A stretch of DNA of 64,000 nucleotides, taken from NCBI GenBank assembly GCA_032718475.1, contig JAUCBJ010004955.1, forward strand, positions 1 to 64,000, given 5' to 3'. A program made the position numbers and the translations under genes. Every line of letters starts with the position of its first letter. Position 1 is the first letter of the stretch. A model generated the notes under the pieces. The model made no database searches. It was not told the origin of the DNA and saw only the letters and a program-made list of their open reading frames with translations. Positions 20,832 to 34,044 of the stretch are shown here, in pieces. Origin of the DNA: Nemertoderma westbladi. Lineage: Eukaryota > Animalia > Xenacoelomorpha.

Positions 20832-23800
20832 TCAGCACATTTCCAAATCGCTGGAATTTCACCAGAATCCATTGAAAGTTGAAAAAGGTGACTAAGTGGG
20901 TGTGCAAGTTCACATCTCAATAGTTTCAATATTGTTGTTGGGATACCGTCTGGGCAGTGACTGTATTTCGCAGGTAATTTGCTCAATACCTTTATAACTT
21001 TACTCGGTGAAAAATTAACATTGGAAAATACAGAATCTGTAGCACGATCTACAACGGGGCAACAGTTATTATCCTCGACTCCCACAGATGAATATTGCTC
21101 AATGAGGCACTGACATTTGTCATCGTCTGATAGAGCAACACTGCCATCTGTTCGAGACAGAGGTGAAACAGTATTAAACGTATTTTTCCTACTGTTTACG
21201 TACTTGTAAAACGCATTTCGATCTCCACTGTTTAATACGTTTAATTCTTTCTTGCAACGAAACTCTCTCATTGCCTCGGAACAATTTACTATGGTTGGTT
21301 TGTACTGGGAGTATACTTAGGCACAAAAAGTTCAAAACTATTTAACATTTCGCTGTGAAAAATATCCCAAGATGACTGAACTGAATTATTATCACTTGTA
21401 ATATTTTCCCAATTTACAGATTGTAAATGGGACTTGATTCCCGGCAGGTCCATCTTCTGGAAACAGAAATGAGTTCCGTTTGGAATATTTTCCTCAGCCG
21501 CTGCACAACGAAAATTAAAACTAAACGCTGAGTGGTCACTGCTATCAAAGTTTGGTAGACTATTAACATTAAAAATATCATCATCAGCAGTATAAGAGAT
21601 CTAACATGTTATTTCCCCTAGTGGGGAAATCAACATATTGATTTAAATCTGTACGCACAAGCATTTCTGAAAATTCTATATTTATAGAACCTGAGTTTTG
21701 GCAGGGGTCCGACCAATTAAATTCCGGATAATTGATGTCCCCCATAATAACTGCTGAATGTGGAACATCACATAGCCAGTCTATCAAGTTACATACTAAT
21801 GTGTTATACCTATATAACGTATTTCTATCTTTATAGCAAGTGTCCAGCGACCTATAAATGCAAACAAATCTAAATTTGTTTCCCACATTGATATCAAGTG
21901 CGATGCACTCAACCTCCTCAAACTCGGAAGGAATAGGAATCTGGAGGGGATGTAGAGACCGTTTACAAATCAATGCAACTCCACCCATTGAACGGCTGGA
22001 ACGATCATCACGGAATATCTCGTACCCCTCCTGGTACTCCCCTAATACAGCAGAATCGGGTGTGGGTGGGTGTAAGTTCGTTTCGCATAATCCAATAATA
22101 GAAAATTCTCCAGAGGAGAGCATTGTTTCTAATTCAGTTTGTTTAGCAGACACTTGCCATGGATTGAACATTTGCATAGGCCTAGTACCCACGTAAATTT
22201 CCCACAGAGTTTGTGTTACTGTTTTTCTTTGTATCTAGGAAGATGACTCCGCGTCACTGTTTCCCGAATGCCGTGTTTCCACTGACGGCAATGATGCCGT
22301 CGAACTCGTCGGTGTTACTGACGGGCCGTGTTTCCACTGACGGCAATGATGCCGTCGAACTCGTCGGTGTTACTGACGGACTTCCCAGCATTAACGGAGT
22401 CGTTTCGCCCGATGTTGGCGCCGGTGCACCCGCGATCGATTCGGATACCGCGGATGCCGATCTCGATAACCGAGGAGGAATGTTTCTACCAGACTTCCTC
22501 CTGGAGGCTTGGTGGTGCTCAGCGACGCGGTATTCCTATTCGGTCAACGTAATTTCCGATTTCCAATCGACTCTCCCTTTAGAGTATCTCGTCCGCAATG
22601 AGTAGGATGCATTCCTGGTGTCGAAAACAATGGATAGGTTGCAGGGTTCACCTGCTGCTTTTGCAGCAGTACGGGCTAGGTAGCAGTGGGCGCGCAACAC
22701 ATCCCGATGGTCTCGCACTTCTGTGGAGATATTTGGGCGAAGAAAAATATTTTGTTAGTTTTGATAGTTTGCTAGTGATGCATCCCGATCCAAGGCAGAT
22801 ATAAATTTGATTTCAATCAATCCCGGGCGAATTGAGTTTGGCGATTTTCTGTGATGGACAACAGAGCAAGGTTCCCATGGTTTACACCCAATAGATTCGA
22901 GCAATGAAGCTACAAACTGGGTGTCGTTATCGTTATTCATTTGCTCTGGTACATTTTCTGCGAAAATGGATTTCTCCATCTCGTAATCGTGGGCATTTGA
23001 GCGAAGTGCATTGGTAACACAGTTTTGTATCTTCTCTTCGAGATTTCCTGCCACTGTAGCCGAACAAACATTCGATTTACTGTTGTCGTTGGATGCAGTG
23101 TTTCGTCCCCGCTTCCTTTTGCCTTAGACCACTCCCCGCAAACATCAGCAACTGTTAGCGCTTTTTGTATATTATGTTCATTCAATCTCAATTTTGTGTA
23201 ATTTGGAGCTTATAATAATTGGAGCTGAGAATTCATGCATCTATGACGTTATACTATACACTGCTGGTCTGACACAATAAACGGGATTGCGCTAGTGTAC
23301 CTGTCAACAAGGGCCGCTTACTGTATCGATCGTAGCTTCCCCTCTGCCTTCCTCTCATAAGTTTGTTTATTCTATAACTTATTTGGTTTAATACGGTATT
23401 TGATTATCTATTGTATTTGACTGAGATACGATACCGGGAGGGTGTGACAACACAATATAACAAGCGAATGGCTGACTAATTAATTCTATAAGGACTCAAG
23501 TGCGGTATTTGTGTTTCTCTTTAGGAAAAACGTATAGTGACTTGCCTCTATGTACGATTATATAAATATTTCTATCGCAATTAATTTATGACAACTCTCA
23601 ATCGTGATATAATTAATAATAAGAGCCTTTCTTATATTAATGGTCTGGTATATCGCCATATATTAATTATTTAGTAAGTCAGAGATAGAACAACACACTT
23701 CTATTCAATTGTCCAGATTACCACTGATACTTAATTGCATAGACCCACCTTATATTTGGCGCGTGTAAATCTCCTTGATTACGTAATATCGGTGGTATAA

Positions 23801-23929
23801 TCAACAATGAGAGCAAATTATGTTTAACGACAGAGCAAATTACAAGTACAAATTATAATTCAATTCAAACAAAGACGTATTAAAGACATTAATTGTACAT
23901 AGACTGACATACCCCAGGATCATCAACTG

Positions 23930-25675
23930 ATACATTATGGGAGAACCTTCATGCACGTTTGACTAAACTGCCAGACCGAAGATACATCTTGCCAGGTGGG
24001 AATGTAGGAAGGGAAGTGGCTGATCAACTCACCACTGAATTGAATAACTTTACAGTTGGGGTATGCCCCTCTGAACTGCCATTGTGCTTCATTGCCACTA
24101 CTGTATTTCAACGGGACCCAGATGTTGCCAAGGGCCCAGACATCAGGCGCACAATATTGCGGCGAATTGACATGTGGGAGAGAGGCAAATTCCTTCAACT
24201 GGTCATTGAAGCAGAGCATTGCTCAAGGAAATTTCCTTCAATCGTGGCACTAATCCCATTAACTCGGCCAGAGTCTATAATCAAAAGATTTGGCTGGTCA
24301 GAACAGGGCAGCTATGTGTCGTGTAACAGATCGAGACAGTGGAGAGTCCTGGACCCTGCTGCTCAAGCAGAGGGCCAGCCTCAAGGTGTAACAGTGAGAG
24401 ATGTGCTGGATCTCAAACACCCACTCCAGATGCCTGTATCGGATAAAGTTTACGAATGCGGACCTCTCCCTCCCTTTGAGGGAGTGGACATAAACTGGAC
24501 AGATGTTTCTCAAGACTTCTCGTACTCTACAGGGTGGTTCTGGTCCAATAGGGGGGGGGGGGGGGGGGGGGGGGGTGGGGGGGACTCCGAATTCTGGAGT
24601 GCCATCCTAACACATTACGACTCACACAGTTCTCGTCTTCGAGAAGCAGTGGCTGGATTGGCCCGTCGATTAGCGAACACAGTAGTTCCTTGGGGCGAGA
24701 TCCGTGCCCTCCGGGCTTGTAAACTAACAGCCCTTGACAAGCAGCCAGGAGTCGGACCAATTGGTGTTGGCGAGGTTCTTTACCAGCTCTTTTGCTGCCT
24801 GCCTCGCGAAAGCAACAAAGATGGACTTCATCACAGAATGTGGAGCAGACCAGCTGTGCACAGGAGTGAAAGCCAGAATCGAGGGAGGTGTCCATGTTAT
24901 GGCCGCACTATTTGTGGATAAGACAACTGAATGTACTATATGCTTCTCGTGGATGCGAGTAATGCGTTCAACAGTCTAAGCCGCCCTGTAGCACCTATTG
25001 AACTGCCGGCGTTATTGGCATCGCTGCTCTCGTCTCGTCTACAATGCCTACAATGGCCATGCATCATTGTATATCCATGGCAGTGAGACCCCCCTCTTTA
25101 GTAAAGGAAGGTGTGACCCAAGGGGACCCATTGGCAATGCTCCTCTATGGGTGCGGCACACTTCCATTGGTAATGGGCACTGAAGGAAGTATCCCAAGCA
25201 GCCAGTGCACTCCAGAACCAGAGTGATCTAAATCCAGTTCGTGCAGAATCCCCAAATCACATGGGGTTTATCACCCCAGACTCAAGGAGTACAGATGGAC
25301 CAACTATTACCGCTAATGCCAGTCAATATCAAAGCCACCAGTGTTGGTATGCTGATGACGCCTCAGCAGCAGGCAGAATGGCCCAGGTATGAGATTGGTG
25401 GATTAAACTACTCCAATTGGGGCCGAAGATTGGATAAAATCCAGAACCAACCAAGAGTTATTTAGTGGTTAAACCTGGATTGGAAGAACAGGCCAATGAG
25501 ATGTTTGGCAGCTGGGGAGTGAAGGTTGTTACAGGCCATCGTTTTTTGGGTGGCTACATCGGTGACTCAGAAGGCAGAGCTCATTTTGTCAGGGAGAAGG
25601 TCACAGGGTTGGTGCGTTCTATAGAACGGCTGTCGAGGTTGCTACTGAATTCCCACAGACTGCCCACACAGGTAT
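23930..25675 (+). pseudogene. Decayed CRE-clade non-LTR retrotransposon RT fragment
   Basis: ALDKQPGVGPIGVGE, QLCTGVKA, DASNAFNSL, GVTQGDPLAMLLY, YADDA and GHRFLGGYIG spread across several frames. Confidence 0.8.
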
Positions 25676-25801
25676 GTCCTCAAAATAATATAGAATTCAT
25701 CATAATATCTTTAATTTAAATTTGTCCCAAATAGGTTGTTTATGTCCCATATACTGTAGGGTGTTTGTGTCCCGTATAGGGTGTTTTTGTCCCAAATAGC
25801 A

Positions 25802-27021
25802 TGTTCGCGCTTTTAAGACTTTTGGCAGTTTAACCCGCCAAATCTATATGTCTTCTAGGTTATAAATCTACTCCAGCCTATGACAAGTATTGAACACCTA
25901 TAATAATTCTAACATTAGCCAAAGCCAGTCTGTGCGCGACCATTCACCCGCTGGATATACCCGGGAGACTGGATTTGGATGCTTTAATTTGATTGCGGTG
26001 CAGGCCTACCGTACTATTCGATTGATCGTTAATATATAATCTCTGACAAATATTATTCACTTTTGGGAAATATTAGCAGTTCCTTTAGGACGTGGCGCTC
26101 TATCTATTTAAACAGAGCTATGACTTACACTATACACAACGGTATGTCTTATAGATCACCAAAGTGCATTCTTTAGGAAATGCTTTGTTACTCGGTCAAG
26201 CACACACAGACTATTGCACACAACTGCACACTGAATTGCCGATATTCACTGATTTTAATCATATATAAAGAGAATAACAACCGACATTTGTAGGGCCTAT
26301 TAGGTAGCATTGAATTCACTACAAACCATGATAATGTATGTCGCAAATTGTTATATGTAACCTGTCTCTCTAACCTTAGTGTATCAAGAAGATTGGGTTT
26401 TCGGATCGTTATCAATATTCTTCCCAATAATAATATGTAAATGAACGATACAATTAACAACGCAGTAAATAGCAGTAAATAATGCAGCGAAAAGCAGTTT
26501 ACGTCAGGGTGCTTAATCAGATGCCGAGGTGCAAAACCGTGATAACCGTTTGATGATCTTATAATTAAAGACACTCTAATGTCAGAAAACATTCCCCGGC
26601 CGGTGTTCTAGGCGTGGGGGAAACGTCAGTACTGAACCCTGTAATTCTGCTGTACAGCTTTTACACAAAGAGGGAATCTCTGATTGGTCGAATGGCAAAA
26701 GGCTCCACGTGGACACAGCTGATAGATGTCGTCATTTTGAGCTGAGCAGAACAAAGAACCAAGGCAAGGCTCCGGGCAAGCTACACGTGTAAAGCTCAGC
26801 CGTTAGCTGTCGTCATAGTAACGACACTGTTTCAAGAGGATCTAGGGCGTTGCGTCATAGAATTGCTAATTATGTCCTCTAAAGTACACATACAGAAGAA
26901 ATAGCTTTTATGTCCCCTAAAAACACCGGTACAGCAATGACACGGCCTTTTATGCCTGCTAAACCAACTACAGAGTACTTTACGGGGAAAATAACCGGGC
27001 AATTCCGCAAAAGCTTTTACA
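25802..27021 (-). repeat. 3' LTR of BEL element B
   Basis: TGTTCGCGC...AAGCTTTTACA; direct repeat of 36295-37514. Confidence 0.95.
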
Positions 27022-30000
27022 CCGCTCCCAGAAAATGGGATTTTAGTCTATAAAATATAAAAATCACAGTTTCTAAAATATAAAGATACTCTAAACAGTT
27101 AGTTTTTCTTGCGCGGACGGCGTTTACGCAGTTTCTTGAGACTAGCAAGAGTCCTTTTCTCTTTGGGGCGAGCCACTTTACCAGGAGGGTTATAACTCCT
27201 GGGTGAAGGGTGCAATACAATTGCATCAGAAGGTTTAGGGTTACGGTCAGTGTCTCGTCCATTTCGATCTGCTTCTCCTCGAGCTGATTTTCCTCCGCTT
27301 GTCGTTGGACACGCTCGTCCAAAACTCTCGCAGAGAATAGAGTTGTCTAAGCTCGATATCTTCTTAGAGATTCAAGATTTCCCAATCGAACTGAGATAAA
27401 GCCAATTCGTTTACCGCTTGGACTTGCTGTTATAACTTACGTTTATCTGAACAAACGCAGGTTTCCTTTCTGATCTTTGTAGAATAGCGTTTAACTCGTT
27501 TCGTACAACGCTCTCCTTCACCTTGATGAAGGGTTGTATCGCGTTAAACTGGGACGACCACACGGTTGAATGGTGATATTAGGTGTCCGCGTCCCAATAC
27601 GGTTAGGTAAGATGGGTGGCTAGCTAGAGCTCGCTGCCGGAGTGTTACCGATTAATTGTTAGGGTAGCACTAGATCTTTGAACAGTGCATACAGCTCGTG
27701 AGGATCCGGGATACCATCAGAATCGAAAGTCTGAGGTCTAATCAAGGAACGAGGTGGTCTGACTGAGTATTCCGGAACTATGATCGTAGGTTTACTTAAG
27801 GATCATCTGAGTCGAGCGAGCGTAGGTGATATGTCGAACAAGTTTCGGTTTCCGTGGATGTTTTTATGTCTTTCCGTTTATTAGTTGGGTCTAGGGCATT
27901 TATCGTAATAATACCAAAGACGCACGTCTGGTAGGGGAAACGCGGATGATATTTATTTGTTGTTACAATGCTTCTATCAAGAATTCCAAATATACGTTAG
28001 AGTTACCGCGTCCATTTGTCTCTCTAATGTCTTTTCTTTCGAGTCGATTTCGAATATAATTTTCGCATTCGCATTTCAGTTTATCGTTCCGACTCCGCTG
28101 GGTAGGATATATCGTGTGAATCGATAGAATGGCCAATGGTTAAGAAGTTCATATACGTACTATTACGATGCGTGTAGCGAGCGGTGAAATTTCCATAGTC
28201 CAATTCACGCGTAAGTTGCTTCGAGGAAATCGTCGGTTCGATATAACGACCATTGTCCTCCGTAGTAGTTGGACTAGCGTCGCCGCGTATCAAACTATCA
28301 ACAAACACTTGTAAAGGTAGAGTATATCGCTCCCCGATACCAAGACCATCTTCTATCAACTCCGTTATATCTGCTATATATGAGTTTATTAATATTATAA
28401 TGAGCTTATAATTAGGCTAGCGAGCGTCGCTGCCTACCCCAATCAGCCCCCGGACAGTGTACGATCCTCAGCGCAAATGTATCGTCGTCGCTGTGTTTTC
28501 CGCCAACGTGTAGCTACACAACAACAACGACACTAGCACGAGTCACTCCACTGTCCGTCCCAAAGGCTTAGATACACTTCAGGTTCTTACTGGAGAGTTA
28601 GGGTTACTTTCACAATTGCGACTCGCTACTGTAAACACACCTTAGTAGTAACATTCGCCTATAAACTCACAAATTCCACACACACAACTGTCACAAATTA
28701 CACACACTCGGGCCATTTGTCCGTTAGTCAGTGCCTTCCAGAATGCCACGTTATTATTATGTATCCTTGGATACTAGCAGTGCGCTATTTATTTCTTACT
28801 ATGCAATGGGGCAAGCTTTCTATTGTTCTTTTTAACTTGTTTCTAATTCTAGCGTGGGTGTTACTATGGTGACATTATGGAAAGCTAGCGGTAGAATTAG
28901 GGTAATTCCAATGCATACAGCTCTGGGATGCTATTTAATAGTAATTCTTTAATGGTCCAATATCTCGTTTATATATGATTTTATAAATTTTATCGGCTAT
29001 TGACTCATACATGGGAGATTCTCACACTCTAACAAACTTAATAAGATGAATCTCCGCTCCCGTGATCTATTAATTAATGGGATTTTGGGAATGTTATAAA
29101 TTGCACAGAATGACAATTTATTAAATTCATTAAAATATGAATTCAAATTTATTCCCTGAAATTTTATTATTTGATAGTGCAATTGACACAATTTGGTTCC
29201 AGAGCAGGTCTGGGGACATAGGATCCTTAATTCTATGAAAATTGTCTTTTAAGAGTATCGGTAAGTGCTACGATATCTTAATCGACTAGAATTGTTAAAG
29301 GATCTGAATTTTACAGATTTTGATTTATAGATTTATAAATATTAAATAATTAATATTTGAGATGGACACCAATTTATTCCAGAACTTGTCTGGGGACGTT
29401 AACCACTGATTCTAGAATTTGTCTTTCAAGTATATCGGTGGGTGCCGCGATATCTTAATCGACTAGAATTACAGATGGTCAAAAGGTTTAACAGATTTAT
29501 TTGCGTTGTACACTACTGTTAAAGGGACATCACGCTACTATATGTATTATTTAATACACGGTATGAGAGCAATATCGCACGAAGCAATTTCAGTGTGAAG
29601 AGGCAAGTCGTTTCCAAGGTCTACCCAGAGCTTGGTTTAGCCGAGACACGAGGATCTGAACTTTGCATTCCTAATACTCTGTCTACCAATAATACTTGAA
29701 TATAGTAGTGGCTTTATTGTACTTTAATAAGTACAGACATTTCATCTTACTGTAGTCACGTATTTATAATATGATACGGACAGTAAGGAAAGAGAAAAAT
29801 AGTTATATCTCGCCGTCACACTAAATATATATTATAAGTAATTACGTACGTAATAAACACTAATATATTGCACTAATCTACTAAATAATCACTAAAATAA
29901 CATTATACTGAATAAAATTAAAGAAAACGATTATAATAAAATTACATAATAATACATACATAAATATAAAATAAAAACAAATATAAAATGATATAGTCAC

Positions 30001-30051
30001 ACGCCCACTCCATATGTTATTACGTTATGGAGTCCCTAGATATTTGTCGGA

Positions 30052-33000
30052 TTAGGGAAGTGGTCGTAGGAAGAGTATCTTGCCTTCCATAGTTTCACAG
30101 TTCCACAGTTTTCGGTCTCTTTCCAGTAAACATAAACGACCAGCTGGGCGATTGAGTTGTTGTGTTACTTTCTCCGCTCCCTTGGCCTGTCTAATCTCCG
30201 CCGTGGTAAGATGAGGAGGCCATTCTTCTTCTTCTTTACTTAAGAAGTCGGATCCACCTAACCAGCCTGGAGTATCTATCAGTTCTTGAGGAGTTGCTCC
30301 TCTGGAAGCAATGTCGGCTGGATTAATCGTCCCAAGGCAATGTCTCCATTGATCTATATTGGAGTTAATATCGTCATTATCTGAGGAGTATGGTGTTCCC
30401 TCAGTTAGTTCGTCCACCTCACTGCTCTCCACTTCCCATTCCTTTACTTGGTATACCTGTTGTTGAGGTGATCTCTCTTTGAGAGTTCTACGGGAAGGGC
30501 CAGTGAAGTACCAACCTACTCTAGTTCTTACCGCATAGGTTTGTAGTGGCTGTGGTTGAGCAGGCTGTTTCTCCAATGTCTCTAGCGCCTCATGCGCGTT
30601 TTGGCCGATGAGTATTTGCACTCCAGGATAATCTGTGTGGAATCGAGGTATCTTAAACTGCTGGATGCTCTCGTCCTCGTCCCAGTTATAAGGTTCTACT
30701 TGGGTAGTAGCGAAGTTCTTTATAGCCACCATTTTTACTGACCTTATACTTTGTTCTCCTAATTTATCCTGGGGGGTGGACAACGCACCTACATAGTAAT
30801 CTGCCGTTATGGTAGATTTCCAAACCTGCATAATTCCTGACATATTCAACTTAGTTCGGAATTTGGGTTGTCCAGCAAAGATGTCTTCGGCTAGTTCTTG
30901 ATCGATGAATGTTCCTGTGCTGCCGGAGTCAAGGAGGGCGTTCACTATGTAACTTTTGTTAGGACCGTGAACTCTTACCTGCACTACAGGAAATTCTCTG
31001 ATTCCTACGTTGGAAGTTGGAGGTTTCCAAGATGGTTGTCTGTCAAAGGTAGTTGGGGGGAACTCATTGTCGGTGTCCTTTTCATACGTAAGTGCTCGAT
31101 ACACTGCGGTATTTATTAGGTAACAGGATTCGTTGGCGTCGGAGAATTCGTCCGTATAGAATCCTTCCATCTCAGATTCTTGATCAGTGTCATTTACATC
31201 ACTGAATTGGACATGTAGTTCGGGCGCACTTACCTGACTCGGGTTGTTTCGTTCGAATTCACTGTGTAACAAGATGTGATGTTTCGCACCGCACTTTGCA
31301 CACTTTACGTCGGAGTAACAGGTTCGCCGTTGGTGTCCTTGTCTGAGGCAATTATAGCATAACCGCTTATCCCACATGACTTCACGTCTGTCTACCAGGG
31401 ATTTCTTTAGGAATTCAGCACACACACTCAAACGGTGGGGCCCGTCGCACAGCGCACATTTTGGTTTGATGTTACTCACTTTACCTTGGGTAACGTTATG
31501 CACTCTCGTTCTTTCTTCGGGCTTTCTTCCGTGAATTCTCTTAGGAGACGTAGGAGGAGTTGTTGTTACCTGTTCTCTCCTGTCACTGGTTCGAGACTTA
31601 TATTTACTTACGTCTTTATAGGTCTTGTTGTCATAGTAAGATTTTGCTGTGTCTTTCCCGCTGTCCTCTTCTTGAGAAGCTTGGCTTTCGCCGTCGTCAG
31701 TATAACACACTGGTGTTACCCTTCTCCTAGAAACGGGTTTCTCACTTACCTTATTTTCCGATGTTTTCTCTCTGGACTGCTTTATGAGTTGTAATTTTAC
31801 TTCACTATCTAAGAAGGACATGAGATCAGCCATGGTAGGGCCTCGTCGTTGCTGCTCATTCATATACAACACTTTCTTGTCCCAGCGTGTACATACTCCA
31901 CCCTTTGGTAAAGTAGAGACTACGGCTCCAATAACCATGGAACTCTGATATTCATGAGACTTACCTAACCAATCCAATTGTCTACAGATCTCCTGAATCT
32001 CATCGGAAAACTCTATAATCCCGCTACTAAGGAACTTTCGGGGGGCTATTAATTTTGCATACAAATACTTAGCTATGTTATCCTTGTTACCATACCTGAT
32101 GTTTAATGTACCCCAAACTTGTCTTAATCCATCTGGATGTCCAATAAACTTTAACGCCATTAACTTGGGAGGTCCTTCCAAGCACTTGATGAGGAATCTA
32201 AGTTTCTCTCCGTTAGATAGTACAGAGTTCTGTATGCTATCTTTGTAATATTCATTAAAAGGTAACCATTTCATCTCATCTCCATTGAATTTGACGATTT
32301 CTCCCACTTTGACCGCTTGGCGGGCTTCTGTTCTAGCCATCTGACGCGTAAAGCTTTCTTGGGCCATCGTGTTATTTAATATCGAATTATCGGTATATAA
32401 ATTTCCCGGATTATTATCAGGTCTATAGGGAATATCATCAACAACAGGTTTATAATCACCCTTAATAGGGTTTGCTATAGGAGTTTCTACTTCACTAGCA
32501 GTATAGATGCGTGTAGGCTCCACACCTTGCGCATGTAATACTTCAGACCTAACAGGTTGACACAATGTTACAGAGGGTATTGGTATACCCTTTTGTATAT
32601 TGACTAATTTGTCGCGTTCTAGCGCGATGCTTTGCTGCACTTCTTGCAATTCTACCCTACTTTCCCTTAATGTTACCTTGAGTTGGTGGACAGTCTCCTG
32701 CATCTGTCCGAGCAGGAGATTCATCCCCCGCCGTCCCTCCTCTACCCACTCGACCGCCGAAGCGGGAGTCGCCAACATTGTAGCGGGCAGACGCGGGACG
32801 ACGGGAGACAAATCTTTGATTTCTCTCTCAGCGTCCAGGACAGGGATATTCTCATGGACTGTTCTACTGGGTACAGGCAGTGTAGTACTGTGTAAAGGGG
32901 ATTTAGAGTTAAGCTCTGGAAGTACAGGGGTCTCTAGCACAGGAGTGGCTTTGGGAACGACAGGCCTAATTATTTCAGGCTCATCAACTATCGTAGGGAG

Positions 33001-34044
33001 TCTTTTGACCTTAATAATTTGGTCTGTGGGTTCTGTATTACCTAAGTCTGTGCTAGCTAGTTGTCTTCTAACCGCTGGGGGCAAATCAGGCAATTTGTGA
33101 CGATGAGATGTTTTTCTACGCCTGCTTAGACGAGATCTATTTCCTCCGCCTTCAGGATCGGTGGTCTCGCCTTCTTCCGATGATATGTATTCTTGGCGTT
33201 TGGGAGTAGATCGACTCATCATCTGCATTTGACTAGCAGTTAACTGTTTATTTATGTTGTCTTGCGTCTCTTGCAGATTTTCCAACTCCAGTTGGGTAGT
33301 CTCCTCAGACGCTCTCCGTTCTGCTTCTGCCACTGCCCTTGCCTCTGCTACTGCTGCTGCCTTTCGGTCCTCTATCCGTCTTTTCTTTACTTGTTCTTCC
33401 TGGACTCTAGCGAGGCGGAGTTTTTCATCAAATTTAGCTTGGTTCGCAGCTAACATTTCCGCATCGATTGCGTCCAACACAAGCTTGGTTCCTTCACTAT
33501 TAGGGCGAAGTCCAGACAGTCGTCTCCTCAACTCTTCGTCTCCTAGGAATCGCTGATAGTCTGACAGATAAATATCAATAGCGTCTCTCTTTCGCGGCTC
33601 CCCCGCTGTCACTTCGCTTTCTTCTTGAGAAGAAGTGGCGTCGGTTGATTCTTCAAAGGTTGGCCGCTCATCATAAACCGTATCCGCCATCTTCGCTCCG
33701 CGTTCGGGCGTCCGCTCAACAGTATCCGAACTACTGGAGCTATCGGGCCGCTGAGAACTAGGTTCTTGGCTAGGAGGTTGCTGCTGTTTGATAGCTGCTT
33801 CTTGATCCCGCTTGACTTGGGCCCGAGTGCCGATGATAGACCTACGCTGTTCTACTAGCCTAGGGTCTGATACTACTACTGTAGGGATGGCCTTTCTTAC
33901 AATAGTAGGTGACTTAGACTTGTATCTAGGATGTTCTATACTTTGATCTTGGTCACAGATCCTTTTAATACGCTGTCTAAGTCTAATACTCATTCTAACA
34001 CTTTCTAAGAGACTGTCTGACAGTGATTGGGTTGCGCCTGACAT
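30052..34044 (-). CDS. gag: BEL/Pao Gag-protease fused in frame to the RNase H tail and the extreme integrase C-terminus
   Basis: Same Gag and knuckles as element A; PR ALLDSGSTGTFI...ILIG...TRVGW. Then directly WRHCLGTINPADIASRG...WP (end of RH) and RPAGRLCLL (end of IN). No YxDD RT motif or DDE core. Confidence 0.9.
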   Translation of the reverse strand: MSGATQSLSDSLLESVRMSIRLRQRIKRICDQDQSIEHPRYKSKSPTIVRKAIPTVVVSDPRLVEQRRSIIGTRAQVKRDQEAAIKQQQPPSQEPSSQRPDSSSSSDTVERTPERGAKMADTVYDERPTFEESTDATSSQEESEVTAGEPRKRDAIDIYLSDYQRFLGDEELRRRLSGLRPNSEGTKLVLDAIDAEMLAANQAKFDEKLRLARVQEEQVKKRRIEDRKAAAVAEARAVAEAERRASEETTQLELENLQETQDNINKQLTASQMQMMSRSTPKRQEYISSEEGETTDPEGGGNRSRLSRRRKTSHRHKLPDLPPAVRRQLASTDLGNTEPTDQIIKVKRLPTIVDEPEIIRPVVPKATPVLETPVLPELNSKSPLHSTTLPVPSRTVHENIPVLDAEREIKDLSPVVPRLPATMLATPASAVEWVEEGRRGMNLLLGQMQETVHQLKVTLRESRVELQEVQQSIALERDKLVNIQKGIPIPSVTLCQPVRSEVLHAQGVEPTRIYTASEVETPIANPIKGDYKPVVDDIPYRPDNNPGNLYTDNSILNNTMAQESFTRQMARTEARQAVKVGEIVKFNGDEMKWLPFNEYYKDSIQNSVLSNGEKLRFLIKCLEGPPKLMALKFIGHPDGLRQVWGTLNIRYGNKDNIAKYLYAKLIAPRKFLSSGIIEFSDEIQEICRQLDWLGKSHEYQSSMVIGAVVSTLPKGGVCTRWDKKVLYMNEQQRRGPTMADLMSFLDSEVKLQLIKQSREKTSENKVSEKPVSRRRVTPVCYTDDGESQASQEEDSGKDTAKSYYDNKTYKDVSKYKSRTSDRREQVTTTPPTSPKRIHGRKPEERTRVHNVTQGKVSNIKPKCALCDGPHRLSVCAEFLKKSLVDRREVMWDKRLCYNCLRQGHQRRTCYSDVKCAKCGAKHHILLHSEFERNNPSQVSAPELHVQFSDVNDTDQESEMEGFYTDEFSDANESCYLINTAVYRALTYEKDTDNEFPPTTFDRQPSWKPPTSNVGIREFPVVQVRVHGPNKSYIVNALLDSGSTGTFIDQELAEDIFAGQPKFRTKLNMSGIMQVWKSTITADYYVGALSTPQDKLGEQSIRSVKMVAIKNFATTQVEPYNWDEDESIQQFKIPRFHTDYPGVQILIGQNAHEALETLEKQPAQPQPLQTYAVRTRVGWYFTGPSRRTLKERSPQQQVYQVKEWEVESSEVDELTEGTPYSSDNDDINSNIDQWRHCLGTINPADIASRGATPQELIDTPGWLGGSDFLSKEEEEWPPHLTTAEIRQAKGAEKVTQQLNRPAGRLCLLERDRKLWNCETMEGKILFLRPLP

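Larger units (their letters stand above)
14700..23250 (-). mobile_element. Decayed CR1-clade LINE (ORF1 ~22300-23190; APE endonuclease ~21500-22190; RT ~14782-16180 and 20836-21270), split by the Gypsy insertion
   Basis: APE motifs GLCETNL, GGVAL, MGDINYP, PTRGNNMLDL; RT motifs NYRPISLTS, IDYSKTFDSV, GVPQGS, LFADD; C-terminal TRGHPYKL...WNSLP typical of CR1. Several frameshifts; boundaries approximate. Confidence 0.85.

Noticed and set aside
22271-22379. 55-bp tandem duplication as a separate element
   Set aside because: Local duplication in the low-complexity tail of CR1 ORF1.
26188-26592. 134-aa hydrophobic ORF in both LTRs of element B (also 36681-37085)
   Set aside because: Duplicated only because it lies in the LTR; not kept open in element A's LTR.
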